DNA of 64,000 nucleotides. Source: Candidatus Woesearchaeota archaeon (GTDB lineage Archaea; Nanobdellota; Nanobdellia; Woesearchaeales; SKGA01). Positions 55,430 to 64,000 of this stretch are shown in pieces. The notes under the pieces are model-generated. The model saw nothing but the letters and a program-made list of their open reading frames with translations, ran no database searches and had not been told where the DNA came from. The DNA is taken from NCBI GenBank assembly GCA_046543005.1, contig JBKHAG010000002.1, positions 551 through 64,550 on the forward strand. The letters run 5' to 3'. Positions within the stretch are counted from its first letter, which is position 1. Every line of letters starts with the position of its first letter. A program made the translations under genes and the position numbers.

Positions 55430-56836
55430 TTATTTTTTTGAAAAAAATGCTTTGTAACAAAGATATGCTTCATACACGTCAGCTTTTGAAACAATTTCAT
55501 AAGGTGAGTGCATCCCTAACATGCAAGGACCAACATCCACACAAGACATTCCATAACGCGAAAAATATTGTGCAATGGTTCCACCACCGCCTAAATCTAT
55601 TCGTCCATTTTCTCCTGTTTGCCAATAAACATTGTTATCATTTAAAAGTTGGCGAATGGTATGCATGTATTCTGCACTAGCATCGTTAGTAGAATATTTT
55701 CCTCCGCCACCACCATATTTTTCAAGACTAACGCCATAACCAAGTCGTGATACGTTTGTTGCGTCTTGAGCATCTTTATAATTAGGATTAAGACCTGAAG
55801 TTACATCTGCACTTAATGAAGATGCTTGACCTAAAAATAAATCAACAGATAAAGATGAACCTACTGAAGCCAAATAGCGTTGTGCAAATTGTCTTAAAAT
55901 GTATGATTGTGCTCCTGTATCACCAGCACTTCCGGTTTCTTCTTTATCTATAAATAATGCAACCGCTGTTGAGGAAGGATTTTTTGTATGAAGTAATGCT
56001 TGTAAAGAAGTGTACACACAAACACCATCATCATGACCGTAGGCTGCAAGTAACGATTTATCAAAACCAACATCTCGAGGTTGAGATTGAGGAACAAAAG
56101 AAAGTTCTGCGCTTACAAAATCCTCTTCTACAAAACCATACTCTTTGTTGAGTTTTTGCAAAACAGATACTTTGAGTTTCTCTTTTAAATTATCATCTTT
56201 AACAGGGATACTACCAACTAATGCCATGAGTTGTTCGCCTGCAATAAATTGAGAAACTTTTTTATCATACTGTTCTCGGGCCAGATGAGGAAGCAAGTCA
56301 GGTATGACAAAAACAGGTTCATCATCTTTTTCACCAATAGAAAGAAAAATTTTCTTTCCTGATTTAGTATAAACCACTCCGTGTAAACTAAGAGGAGTGT
56401 TTACCCAATGATACTTTTTTATACCACCATAATAATGGGTTTTGAATACTGCTAAAGAACTCTCTTCAACTAAAGGAAGAGGTTTAAGATCTAAGCGAGG
56501 TGAATCAGTATGACTTCCAATAAGAGCCATGTGTTCTTTATTTTTACCAACAACCCAAGCCAACACAACTTTTTCTTTATATACTATAAAAAGTTTATCA
56601 CCAGACTTTGTTTTTTGATTGGTAAATTTTACAAAATTATTTTTTTTCAATTCAAAAACCACATAATCTACAGTAAGTCGTTCTGTTTTAGCAAAAGACA
56701 AGAACTGTTTGTACCCTTCATTAAAATCAAATATTTTTTTATGATAATTCTTCGTTGTTTTTTCCCACACAGATTTTTTTTCAAACTGAAGAGAAGAATA
56801 TTTTTTTGAGGATTTTTTTTCTGACATAACTATCAA
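55430..56836 (-). CDS. M18-family aminopeptidase (aspartyl aminopeptidase-like)
   Basis: IGSHTDSPRLDLKP motif, 468 aa. Confidence 0.75.
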   Translation of the reverse strand: MIVMSEKKSSKKYSSLQFEKKSVWEKTTKNYHKKIFDFNEGYKQFLSFAKTERLTVDYVVFELKKNNFVKFTNQKTKSGDKLFIVYKEKVVLAWVVGKNKEHMALIGSHTDSPRLDLKPLPLVEESSLAVFKTHYYGGIKKYHWVNTPLSLHGVVYTKSGKKIFLSIGEKDDEPVFVIPDLLPHLAREQYDKKVSQFIAGEQLMALVGSIPVKDDNLKEKLKVSVLQKLNKEYGFVEEDFVSAELSFVPQSQPRDVGFDKSLLAAYGHDDGVCVYTSLQALLHTKNPSSTAVALFIDKEETGSAGDTGAQSYILRQFAQRYLASVGSSLSVDLFLGQASSLSADVTSGLNPNYKDAQDATNVSRLGYGVSLEKYGGGGGKYSTNDASAEYMHTIRQLLNDNNVYWQTGENGRIDLGGGGTIAQYFSRYGMSCVDVGPCMLGMHSPYEIVSKADVYEAYLCYKAFFSKK

Positions 56837-57110
56837 CCGTTAACTATTCAAAAGATTTTTCTTTAAATAGTTGTTGGTTTAGAAACGCTGTCTTAAGAAG
56901 ATAATTTTTTATATTGTCTTGTGGCTTTCTTTTTGAAGAAGATAAAAAGAATATTTGTATTCGCGCCTATAATCGCTGATTCAAAAATAGTCAACAGGTG
57001 CCAAAGGCGCTAATTAAGTTGGGCAATATACCTCTTTATTCTATTTGAAACAGAGCTACTTTAGAGCATGTTAAAAAAAAACTAACAATAATAATGACTC
57101 AAATATATTT

Positions 57111-59429
57111 TTAATTGCCTTTTTTTAGTGTATCTTTAGATTCTTTATATGATAATTTTCTTAGACGAACAATTTCTTGGGCTTTTTTAGGACCAATAAG
57201 GTCTATAGATTGTAAATCTTTTTCGCTAGCAAGTAAAAAGGATTCTAAAGTGTCATATCTTTGCAGAATTTTTTGTGCTAACAAACCACCAATTGTTGGA
57301 AAACTACTCACAACGTATTCTAATAATTCTTTATCTGTTAAAGGTTTTGCAGTATGATAGGTAAAGACTTGCGAAGAATCAGATTGCTCTCGTGAAGCAA
57401 TAGTTGTTAATAATTTTGCGGTTTCTCGAGGTGAAGAAGTGTATAACAAAGGAATACCATAAGAAACAGTTATTGTTGAAAGCATACCTAAAACTGCAGA
57501 TTCACTTACTCTACGTAAAGATTGTTCTCGCCAATCACCTTGAATAATTACTAAAGGTTTTTTATACTGAACAAGTGCTAAGAGCTGAGAAAGTAATCTC
57601 CCATTTGCAATACTATCTATAAAATCACTTGCTTGTTTGAACTCAACACAACAATCTGCGCTAAGTAAAAAATCACCCACTCCTAGTTGTTTAAGTTCTA
57701 AAGATATATTTTCTCGATGTAGTTGTTTTAATACAAGAGATCCTTTTTCTCTAAAATCAACAATAATTTTTGGTTGTGATAAAGTATTTTTTTCAAGTTT
57801 TTCTTCAGAATTTGACTCTTTTTTTTTAGAAGATAACATTTTTTTTGCTGAAGAAAATTGAGTTAAATTTTTTTGAGAAGTGCCAGCAAAGGATTTTGAA
57901 AATTCTTCTAAAACCGAATACATTCTTTTTTCTTTGTGAAAAGCCACCCAACGATTTGTTTCATCACGAGTATTTTTTGTAACAAGAACACAAACTGATC
58001 CTTGTGAATGTCTTCCCGTTCTTCCTCTTCTTTGAACACTTCGTATTGCGCTAGGAATGGGTTCAAAAAAAAATACGTGATCAACACTAGGTATATCAAG
58101 ACCTTCTTCAGCAACACTTGTTGCAATTAGACAAGAAAAAAGTCCAGCTCTAAAATCATCTAAAATTTTTTTTTGCGTTTTTTGAGAATGTCCAACGCCT
58201 TTCTTTTTTGCTTGGCCAAAAAACAGTTTACAACTAATAATTTTAGAAAGTTGCGATTGAATAAATGAAGCAGAATCTCTAAATTGGGCAAAAATAATTA
58301 TTTTTGCTTGAGGATCTTTATGTAAAATTAAAGCAACTTTATCAAAGAGTTTTTGAACTTTAGGGTGTTCTTCATTATTTTTGACACACTCGCGAGTAAT
58401 TGCAAGCGCGCCCAACACTAAAGGATCTTTAACAAGATATTGCACAGCTTTTACTTTGGTAGTTCGAGATTGTTCTAAAAGCCCATACAAATATTGGTGA
58501 AGAGCATGAATTGTTTGTGTTTGAGCAAGTTCTTGGGCGTGAAGAAGTTTAAGCACTTGAGCTATTAAACTCATTGCAGCATATACTTGTGAGGATGATT
58601 CATCCCTGCTAATTCGAGAATGAAGCATGCCCTGTAATTGTAAAAGAGATGTTTTTGAAAACGAACGAAGTAAGCGTGGTGATTGTAAGGATGCATTAAT
58701 TTCATGCAGGCGTTTATCGATTGCTTGTTGTAAATATGTATCTATTTTTGTAAGCTGTGAAGATAAAGGTAATTGTTCCCAATTAATTATTGTTTCTTGG
58801 CGAAATTTACGAATATCAGGGTCAGTGGGTTTTTTATATTCAACAACTTGCGCGCCTATATTTTGAATAACTTCTTCTATTTTTTCTTTGTTAGCGCCAG
58901 GTGACGCGCTTAAACCAAGCGTTAAAGGATGTTGTGACTTTTCAAAATACTGTTGTGCTAAAAAAACGTAAGCGTAATCACCTACCGCTCGATGAACTTC
59001 ATCAAGAATTAACAAGGAAACGTCACCTAAAGATATATTATTACCCAACACATCATTTTCAACTGTTTGTGGCGTCGAAAAAATTATTCGTGCGTCAAGC
59101 CATTTTTTGTGACGCCTTTTTGGGGCTACAGTTCCAGTAAATAATGCGTACTGAGAATCATTTAAAGGAATGTGTTTTTTAAACGATTCAAATTGTTGTT
59201 CGGCTAAAGGTTTTGTAGGTGTTAAAAAAAGTATTTTTGAATCAGGATACATCATTAAGCGATGAACTGCAAGCATCATCGCAATTGCTGTTTTACCAAG
59301 ACCAGTGGGTAAAACCACTAAAGAATTATCTTTTTTTATTTTATCAAAAATGTCTATTTGATATGGTCGAGGAGTAAAATCAATAAGCATAACAAGAGAA
59401 AAAACGAAATTGTTTATAAGTTTGTGCAA
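57111..59429 (-). CDS. hef: Hef-type helicase-nuclease (SF2 helicase fused to an ERCC4/XPF nuclease and HhH2)
   Basis: PRPYQIDIF...LPTGLGKT, DEVHR, a GRTGRH-like motif, ERCC4 domain VDFRE...GDF..S...VE.K, and a C-terminal HhH pair. Confidence 0.85.
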   Translation of the reverse strand: MHKLINNFVFSLVMLIDFTPRPYQIDIFDKIKKDNSLVVLPTGLGKTAIAMMLAVHRLMMYPDSKILFLTPTKPLAEQQFESFKKHIPLNDSQYALFTGTVAPKRRHKKWLDARIIFSTPQTVENDVLGNNISLGDVSLLILDEVHRAVGDYAYVFLAQQYFEKSQHPLTLGLSASPGANKEKIEEVIQNIGAQVVEYKKPTDPDIRKFRQETIINWEQLPLSSQLTKIDTYLQQAIDKRLHEINASLQSPRLLRSFSKTSLLQLQGMLHSRISRDESSSQVYAAMSLIAQVLKLLHAQELAQTQTIHALHQYLYGLLEQSRTTKVKAVQYLVKDPLVLGALAITRECVKNNEEHPKVQKLFDKVALILHKDPQAKIIIFAQFRDSASFIQSQLSKIISCKLFFGQAKKKGVGHSQKTQKKILDDFRAGLFSCLIATSVAEEGLDIPSVDHVFFFEPIPSAIRSVQRRGRTGRHSQGSVCVLVTKNTRDETNRWVAFHKEKRMYSVLEEFSKSFAGTSQKNLTQFSSAKKMLSSKKKESNSEEKLEKNTLSQPKIIVDFREKGSLVLKQLHRENISLELKQLGVGDFLLSADCCVEFKQASDFIDSIANGRLLSQLLALVQYKKPLVIIQGDWREQSLRRVSESAVLGMLSTITVSYGIPLLYTSSPRETAKLLTTIASREQSDSSQVFTYHTAKPLTDKELLEYVVSSFPTIGGLLAQKILQRYDTLESFLLASEKDLQSIDLIGPKKAQEIVRLRKLSYKESKDTLKKGN

Positions 59430-59533
59430 GAGTTGACCAGTGTTATGATCTCATAGCTAAACAAAAAATAAAAGTTAATAAGAAAATACAAAAAAGCAGA
59501 AAATAAAAGAATTCTTGCTACATACTACTATAC

Positions 59534-59941
59534 TCATAATTTAGTATGTAAAGCATATTTTGCGCCACATGCTTGACAACTTAAAAAATATACGCCAGTA
59601 TCTTTTGAAAGCTTAGTATCTGGTTTTCCACATTCTTTGCAAATAACAAATTGGTCTGCAAATTGTTGTATTCGAACATTAATTTTTGAAGCAGACAATT
59701 TAGAATTAAAAATAACAAAATTTCCTTCAATAAGACCTTTTGTTGCGAGTTGTTTTTCAATAAATTTTACTAGCAATTGTTGTGGACGACGAAGAGTTGT
59801 TGCGATTTGGGAAATATTACTAATAATGGTTTTATTTCCTTGAATATGGCCTTTTACCTTAGGAATTTCAAATCGTTGAGATTTTTCAACATCCTCAGGT
59901 AATTCATTTCTTGCTTTTTGCAATAATTTTTCGTAATCCAT
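59534..59941 (-). CDS. Translation initiation factor 2 subunit beta (aIF2-beta)
   Basis: MDYEKLLQKARNELP..., C4 zinc ribbon CKECGKPDT...CQACGAK. Start taken at the internal Met; the upstream in-frame part looks like 5' leader. Confidence 0.8.
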   Translation of the reverse strand: MDYEKLLQKARNELPEDVEKSQRFEIPKVKGHIQGNKTIISNISQIATTLRRPQQLLVKFIEKQLATKGLIEGNFVIFNSKLSASKINVRIQQFADQFVICKECGKPDTKLSKDTGVYFLSCQACGAKYALHTKL

Positions 59942-60125
59942 TATATCAACTCGCTTAGGTTCAATAACATCAAAAACGCCTTGACGTATCATCAGAGCAA
60001 GTGCCGATTGTTTGCAGGCGCTCGCTTGCAACTAAACCGCTGTGAAAATCGTCGCGTGTAACAAAAAAGTTACAAACCAGTGAAATGAAGAAACAAAGTG
60101 GAGTTTTTAAAGCTTGCTTAAATAG

Positions 60126-60712
60126 TTATTGATTAAAATAGCCTTCTTGTTCTAAATAAAAAAGCAGTTCTTCAAAAATTTTTTGTAGCTGAGGGAATTC
60201 TTGAAAATATTTTGCTTTTTTTAAACGTAAAAAATCTGCAGACCACTCCTTCCAATCTTTTTTATAATCCACTTCATGAAGTTGAGAATCTAACACATCT
60301 ATTGCTTTTGCAAAGCGAGCTTCTTTAGAAGAAAGCGTTTCAAATTCTTTTTGTAAACGTACATATTTTTCTTTCATGAAAACAGGAATTTTTTCTGAAA
60401 TTATTTGTATTGCTTTTTCTTCTTTTTCTTTTTTATGAAGATGTTTAATGTTTGGGTGTAATGCAAAATCACCCGATTCTATTTCATGAACATCGTGATA
60501 CATAAGTAATTCATAAATTTTTAATCGATCTAAATTAATATCTAATAAAGATAAAAAATAGTCTGCTAAAATAAGACAACTCCACGTATGCTCAGCAGTA
60601 CTTTCTTTTCGAGAATCAACAGAACTTAAGCGATAAATAGATTTAAGCTTATAGAGGTATTTTAATGAAAAAATATTTTGTAACGTGTTTTTTCTTCTTG
60701 ACTATTTACCAT
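60126..60712 (-). pseudogene. HD-domain phosphohydrolase (YfbR-like 5'-deoxynucleotidase) with its 5' region out of frame because of a 1-nt indel in a T6 run
   Basis: ESTAEHTW...LMYHDVHEIESGDF (H..HD..E..GD) continues upstream of the annotated ATG with no in-frame start. A clean start MVNSQEEKTRYKIFF lies in the -1 frame and joins at the homopolymer near 60668-60673. Confidence 0.5.
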
Positions 60713-60727
60713 TTTTACTACACCTTC

Positions 60728-63700
60728 TTATATAAAATCTCCAAGACCTGCTTGTTTTTCTTTTTCAATACCAAAGACGTCCGTTATTCGATGTTTTGTT
60801 AAGTACAAAGATTCTTTAAGATAATCGCTTACATTAAATTCTTCTGCAAGAGTAATACTCATTTCTAAATATTTCATAATACTACCTTCAGAAATTGTAA
60901 AAATTATTTTACCACCACAAGTAGTGCATTTACCACTTAAAGGCGGACGACGATATTTTTCATTACAACCCACGCAACGAAATTGTTGAAGCGAAAACTT
61001 TCTCAAATTACCTTTGGTGTCTCTAATAAAATGTTTTTCAATAACAAGGCGAGCAACATCGCTTTGATTAACTGCTCTTATTTTTTTTGCTAAATCCATT
61101 TGGCGTTCAATTTTTTCAGGCATGGAAGGCAATGTTTTATACGCCGAACATAAAATTCCTTCGTTAATATTGCTCACAGGATGAGTAAACATCATTCCTT
61201 CAAATTGTTTTTGAGTAAATAAATTATCATCAATACGTTCAATTTTTACGTCCCAAGGTTTTTTGTATGCGTTGCAAGCTTCATAAAAATCTAAAGGGTA
61301 CGATGAAACAGTATCAACATTAAAAGCCATATCATCAACTTCTGCAGGATTAAGAAGTGTTGTTAATACTAAAGGTGCGTCCATTGTTGAACCACGACTT
61401 CTTCCTAAAAATTTTTGTGAAAAATTCAAAAAGGCATCTAATTGTAAAAAAAAGCAACTCTCATCACCATCACAATCTCTACGCATTGCAGCGTGAAATA
61501 ATGGATGAGCAAGCATACCTTGAGTTTGAGAAAAACCAATAATTCTACCAACAGATCCTGCTGACGTGTGAGGCGCAAGACCTATAATTAAATGACCAAT
61601 CAAATCTTCTTGAGTTTTTACATTATAAAAAGCAGGCAGATCATATAATTTTTCAAGTTCTTCATCAACAAATTGTGTTGCCCTAATTAAAACATCTGCA
61701 CTTCCTTCTTCAGGAGAATCAGGACATTGAGGTAATACTAAATCTTGAGAACGAAGTTCTAAAACTTGATCGTCTTTTGTTAAAGGACTACCATATACAT
61801 CGTGAGTATAACCTAACTCCACAAGTTTTTTTACAGGCGCGCCTATTTCAAAAGGTTTGAAATGAGTAAGAGTAAGTTCACTTGCATCGTAACGTATAGT
61901 GCCATCTTTATTTACATGAACTCCGTGTTTTGCTCGAAGTATTGCTTTTAGTAAATGTTCTGTTGAGTGATCTTTTCCAACAGTTCCACGAACACCTTTA
62001 ATTAAGTCAGGATAAATTTTAGTATTCATTTTTTTAAGACAATACTCAAAAAGGGATCGTATAGGAACAGACCATTCTTTGTAATCCATAAAATCAGGAT
62101 CATCATTTTCAACTGCTTGACTAGAAACTGTTTCCTTTGTTTTTCTATTAATTTTTTGTCGGATGGTTTTTGTTTCACACATTTCACAAATACGAAGAGG
62201 TGTTTTGTTTTGACAATTGGGACATTCAAACACTGGAAAATTACTCGTTACTTTACCTTTTTCAAGGGCTGATTGAAAACTTCTAAGACGTCCTCCTTCT
62301 TCTCCAACAGGAAATAAACCGTGAGGGCTGCCCGTGAGTTTTCTCATCTTTGCTTTTTCTGGACGACCCATTCGAGCACCAATAAAAATACCGCTTTTAT
62401 CACGGATAGGAACAGGAGATAATTCATTAATAATATCTAAAACAAAAGCGTTTTTTTTATCAAAAGAATTAAAAACTTCCAAAGCATCTTTTGCATCAAA
62501 TTGTGAACGAATATTAAGTGTGTATGATAAAGCTAAAGCTTCATCTCCTGTTATTTCAACACGGTTTTCATCAACTGTATGAGCAACTCCTAAGAGTTCT
62601 AAAGCTCTTTTTGCTTTGTTGAATTCTTCACTTAAAGGAAAAACTATTTTTGGTGTTTCAAGCATATAATTTGCATTTGCAAACCAAAATAATAAATCTT
62701 TTAATTGATCAAAGGTTATTTCGTTATAGTAAAAAATGTGCTGGGGATGTAAGGCAACATTAAGAATAGAAGATATTTTTTTTGCCGAAGAAAAGGACAC
62801 CTTAGTAGTTAAGGGTTTTACTAAAAGAGAGCTTACAAAATCTTGGGGAAGATCTAAAACTTGAGCAAAAGATGCTTTATCTTTTGTTTTTTCATGTAGT
62901 GCTTTTTTTACATAATGAATCCAAATTTCTTCAACAAAACCCGGAGGAATAAGTGTTGCTGCCCTATCAAAAAAATCACCATAATTAATTAATACATCAC
63001 CAACATAAATTATTTCTTCAATAGCATTATTTATTTCACTACCTTGTTGGGCGGTTCGTACTTTAATTACTGAACCATTTTTTAATTTAACAATAGGACC
63101 ATCAATAGAATCACAAGGAGTAAACGCTGCTGCTTTACCGGGACGTTCTACTTTGAGTTGAGTTCCTATAGCAATTAAATCATTAAGAACGCTTGTGGTT
63201 GCAGGATGAATACTTTGACCTGAATATCCTGAGGCTCTACTTCGTCCATAGCGAAGTCTAAAACCTCCGCTTTTCATAGGATGACCTATGACTGGACGCC
63301 CACCAACTAAATCTTTAACAAAAGTAGGATCGGGTTTTACATGTGAATGAACATCATATGCTTTATGCAGTTCGCTTTGATTTATATCAACAGCCACTTC
63401 TTCAGAAGAATCTTTTGAATCACCATCTTTTGCAAACTTAGCTTTAAGTTCTTTTTGAAACGTGACGTGTTCACCTAAAAAATCCCAATCATGCATTCCA
63501 AAATCATGACCCCACTCTTTAAGCTTCTTCCACAATTTTGGTGACTTTAAAGGAATACAAGAAGAATGAATAAGACAATATCCGCTTCGCAAAAAATTAG
63601 TTTCTACCCTTGGCAAATCTTTTAATCCTGCGTTTGATAATTCTCTTTTTTCACTGGCATCACCAGCAATTTCAACAGGAATATTTTTGAGTAAAAATTC

Positions 63701-64000
63701 ACTCTCTTCTTTGTAAGGAAAATATTGTAAATTAGCAACATATTGATGATAATCTTCAAGTTCGGCAAAACAACGTTTTATTTCTTTTTCATCAGGGTCA
63801 TATTTAGCATAACCCATTTGTTTTCGAACATAATCTGCAATTAAAACACTCGTTGCAGCAGCTGTTCCTCCAGCATTTCGAATAGGACCTGCATAATTAA
63901 GTCGAAAAAATTTTCCCTTACCATCGCGACGTTCTATAAGTTCAATACTTGTAAGCCCTTCTAAAGGAGAAGATACCACTCCCACTGTTACATATGCAAA
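60728..64000 (-). CDS. DNA polymerase II (PolD) large subunit DP2, C-terminal ~1085 aa (N-terminus lies beyond the window end)
   Basis: Conserved DP2 blocks and a C-terminal zinc-finger CVGCNEKY...CTTCGGK. The ORF is open to the window edge. Confidence 0.9.
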   Translation of the reverse strand, partial: FAYVTVGVVSSPLEGLTSIELIERRDGKGKFFRLNYAGPIRNAGGTAAATSVLIADYVRKQMGYAKYDPDEKEIKRCFAELEDYHQYVANLQYFPYKEESEFLLKNIPVEIAGDASEKRELSNAGLKDLPRVETNFLRSGYCLIHSSCIPLKSPKLWKKLKEWGHDFGMHDWDFLGEHVTFQKELKAKFAKDGDSKDSSEEVAVDINQSELHKAYDVHSHVKPDPTFVKDLVGGRPVIGHPMKSGGFRLRYGRSRASGYSGQSIHPATTSVLNDLIAIGTQLKVERPGKAAAFTPCDSIDGPIVKLKNGSVIKVRTAQQGSEINNAIEEIIYVGDVLINYGDFFDRAATLIPPGFVEEIWIHYVKKALHEKTKDKASFAQVLDLPQDFVSSLLVKPLTTKVSFSSAKKISSILNVALHPQHIFYYNEITFDQLKDLLFWFANANYMLETPKIVFPLSEEFNKAKRALELLGVAHTVDENRVEITGDEALALSYTLNIRSQFDAKDALEVFNSFDKKNAFVLDIINELSPVPIRDKSGIFIGARMGRPEKAKMRKLTGSPHGLFPVGEEGGRLRSFQSALEKGKVTSNFPVFECPNCQNKTPLRICEMCETKTIRQKINRKTKETVSSQAVENDDPDFMDYKEWSVPIRSLFEYCLKKMNTKIYPDLIKGVRGTVGKDHSTEHLLKAILRAKHGVHVNKDGTIRYDASELTLTHFKPFEIGAPVKKLVELGYTHDVYGSPLTKDDQVLELRSQDLVLPQCPDSPEEGSADVLIRATQFVDEELEKLYDLPAFYNVKTQEDLIGHLIIGLAPHTSAGSVGRIIGFSQTQGMLAHPLFHAAMRRDCDGDESCFFLQLDAFLNFSQKFLGRSRGSTMDAPLVLTTLLNPAEVDDMAFNVDTVSSYPLDFYEACNAYKKPWDVKIERIDDNLFTQKQFEGMMFTHPVSNINEGILCSAYKTLPSMPEKIERQMDLAKKIRAVNQSDVARLVIEKHFIRDTKGNLRKFSLQQFRCVGCNEKYRRPPLSGKCTTCGGKIIFTISEGSIMKYLEMSITLAEEFNVSDYLKESLYLTKHRITDVFGIEKEKQAGLGDFI

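Noticed and set aside
1-64000. Search for tRNA, rRNA, CRISPR arrays, prophage/integrase and toxin-antitoxin pairs.
   Set aside because: No T-loop/cloverleaf candidates, no rRNA-like GC-rich kilobase segments, no regularly spaced repeats and no integrase/transposase-like proteins were found by eye. Absence is not proof, since I have no search tools.

Overview
This is a strongly AT-rich window (roughly one-third G+C by eye) from an archaeal chromosome. The gene content and the compact gene order resemble a reduced DPANN-like genome. I could not run database searches, so all calls rest on motifs and gene order read by eye. Major blocks, in order: (1) 1-7200: a surface-glycan biosynthesis locus with a partial UDP-GlcNAc 2-epimerase, two GT4 glycosyltransferases flanking an HprK-like P-loop protein, a Gfo/Idh/MocA oxidoreductase and a Wzx-type flippase. 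(2) 7.5-15.4 kb: a NOL1/NOP2/Sun RNA m5C methyltransferase, a truncated NFACT (RqcH-like) protein, and a PduO-type cobalamin adenosyltransferase next to two tandem class II (B12-dependent) ribonucleotide reductase paralogs. (3) 15.4-21.8 kb: a segment holding a GH3-family adenylating enzyme, ThiI, PCNA and an archaeal beta-CASP RNase J, bracketed by two inverted copies of a ~165-185 bp MITE-like repeat; a GC-rich candidate structured RNA sits beside the second copy. (4) 21.9-27.1 kb: an operon of three paralogous coiled-coil proteins, a heavily N-glycosylation-sequon-rich surface protein, ScpB and an unannotated small zinc-ribbon ORF. (5) 27.2-37.8 kb: GyrA, RadB, ribosomal S2, a TRAM protein, a TrmB regulator, Pelota, RadA, a PC4-like protein, L14e and L34e. 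(6) 38.5-53.1 kb: a DUF106 (YidC/Oxa1-like) protein next to SecY, followed by the canonical archaeal ribosomal-protein cluster running from L15 through L3 on the minus strand. (7) 53.3-64.0 kb: a fused PriS-PriL primase, an M18 aminopeptidase, Hef helicase-nuclease, aIF2-beta, a frameshifted HD-domain gene and the C-terminal ~1085 aa of the DNA polymerase D large subunit. No CRISPR array, transposase, integrase, rRNA gene or convincing tRNA gene was seen. Most short ORFs in the supplied track lie antisense to conserved genes and are treated as spurious.
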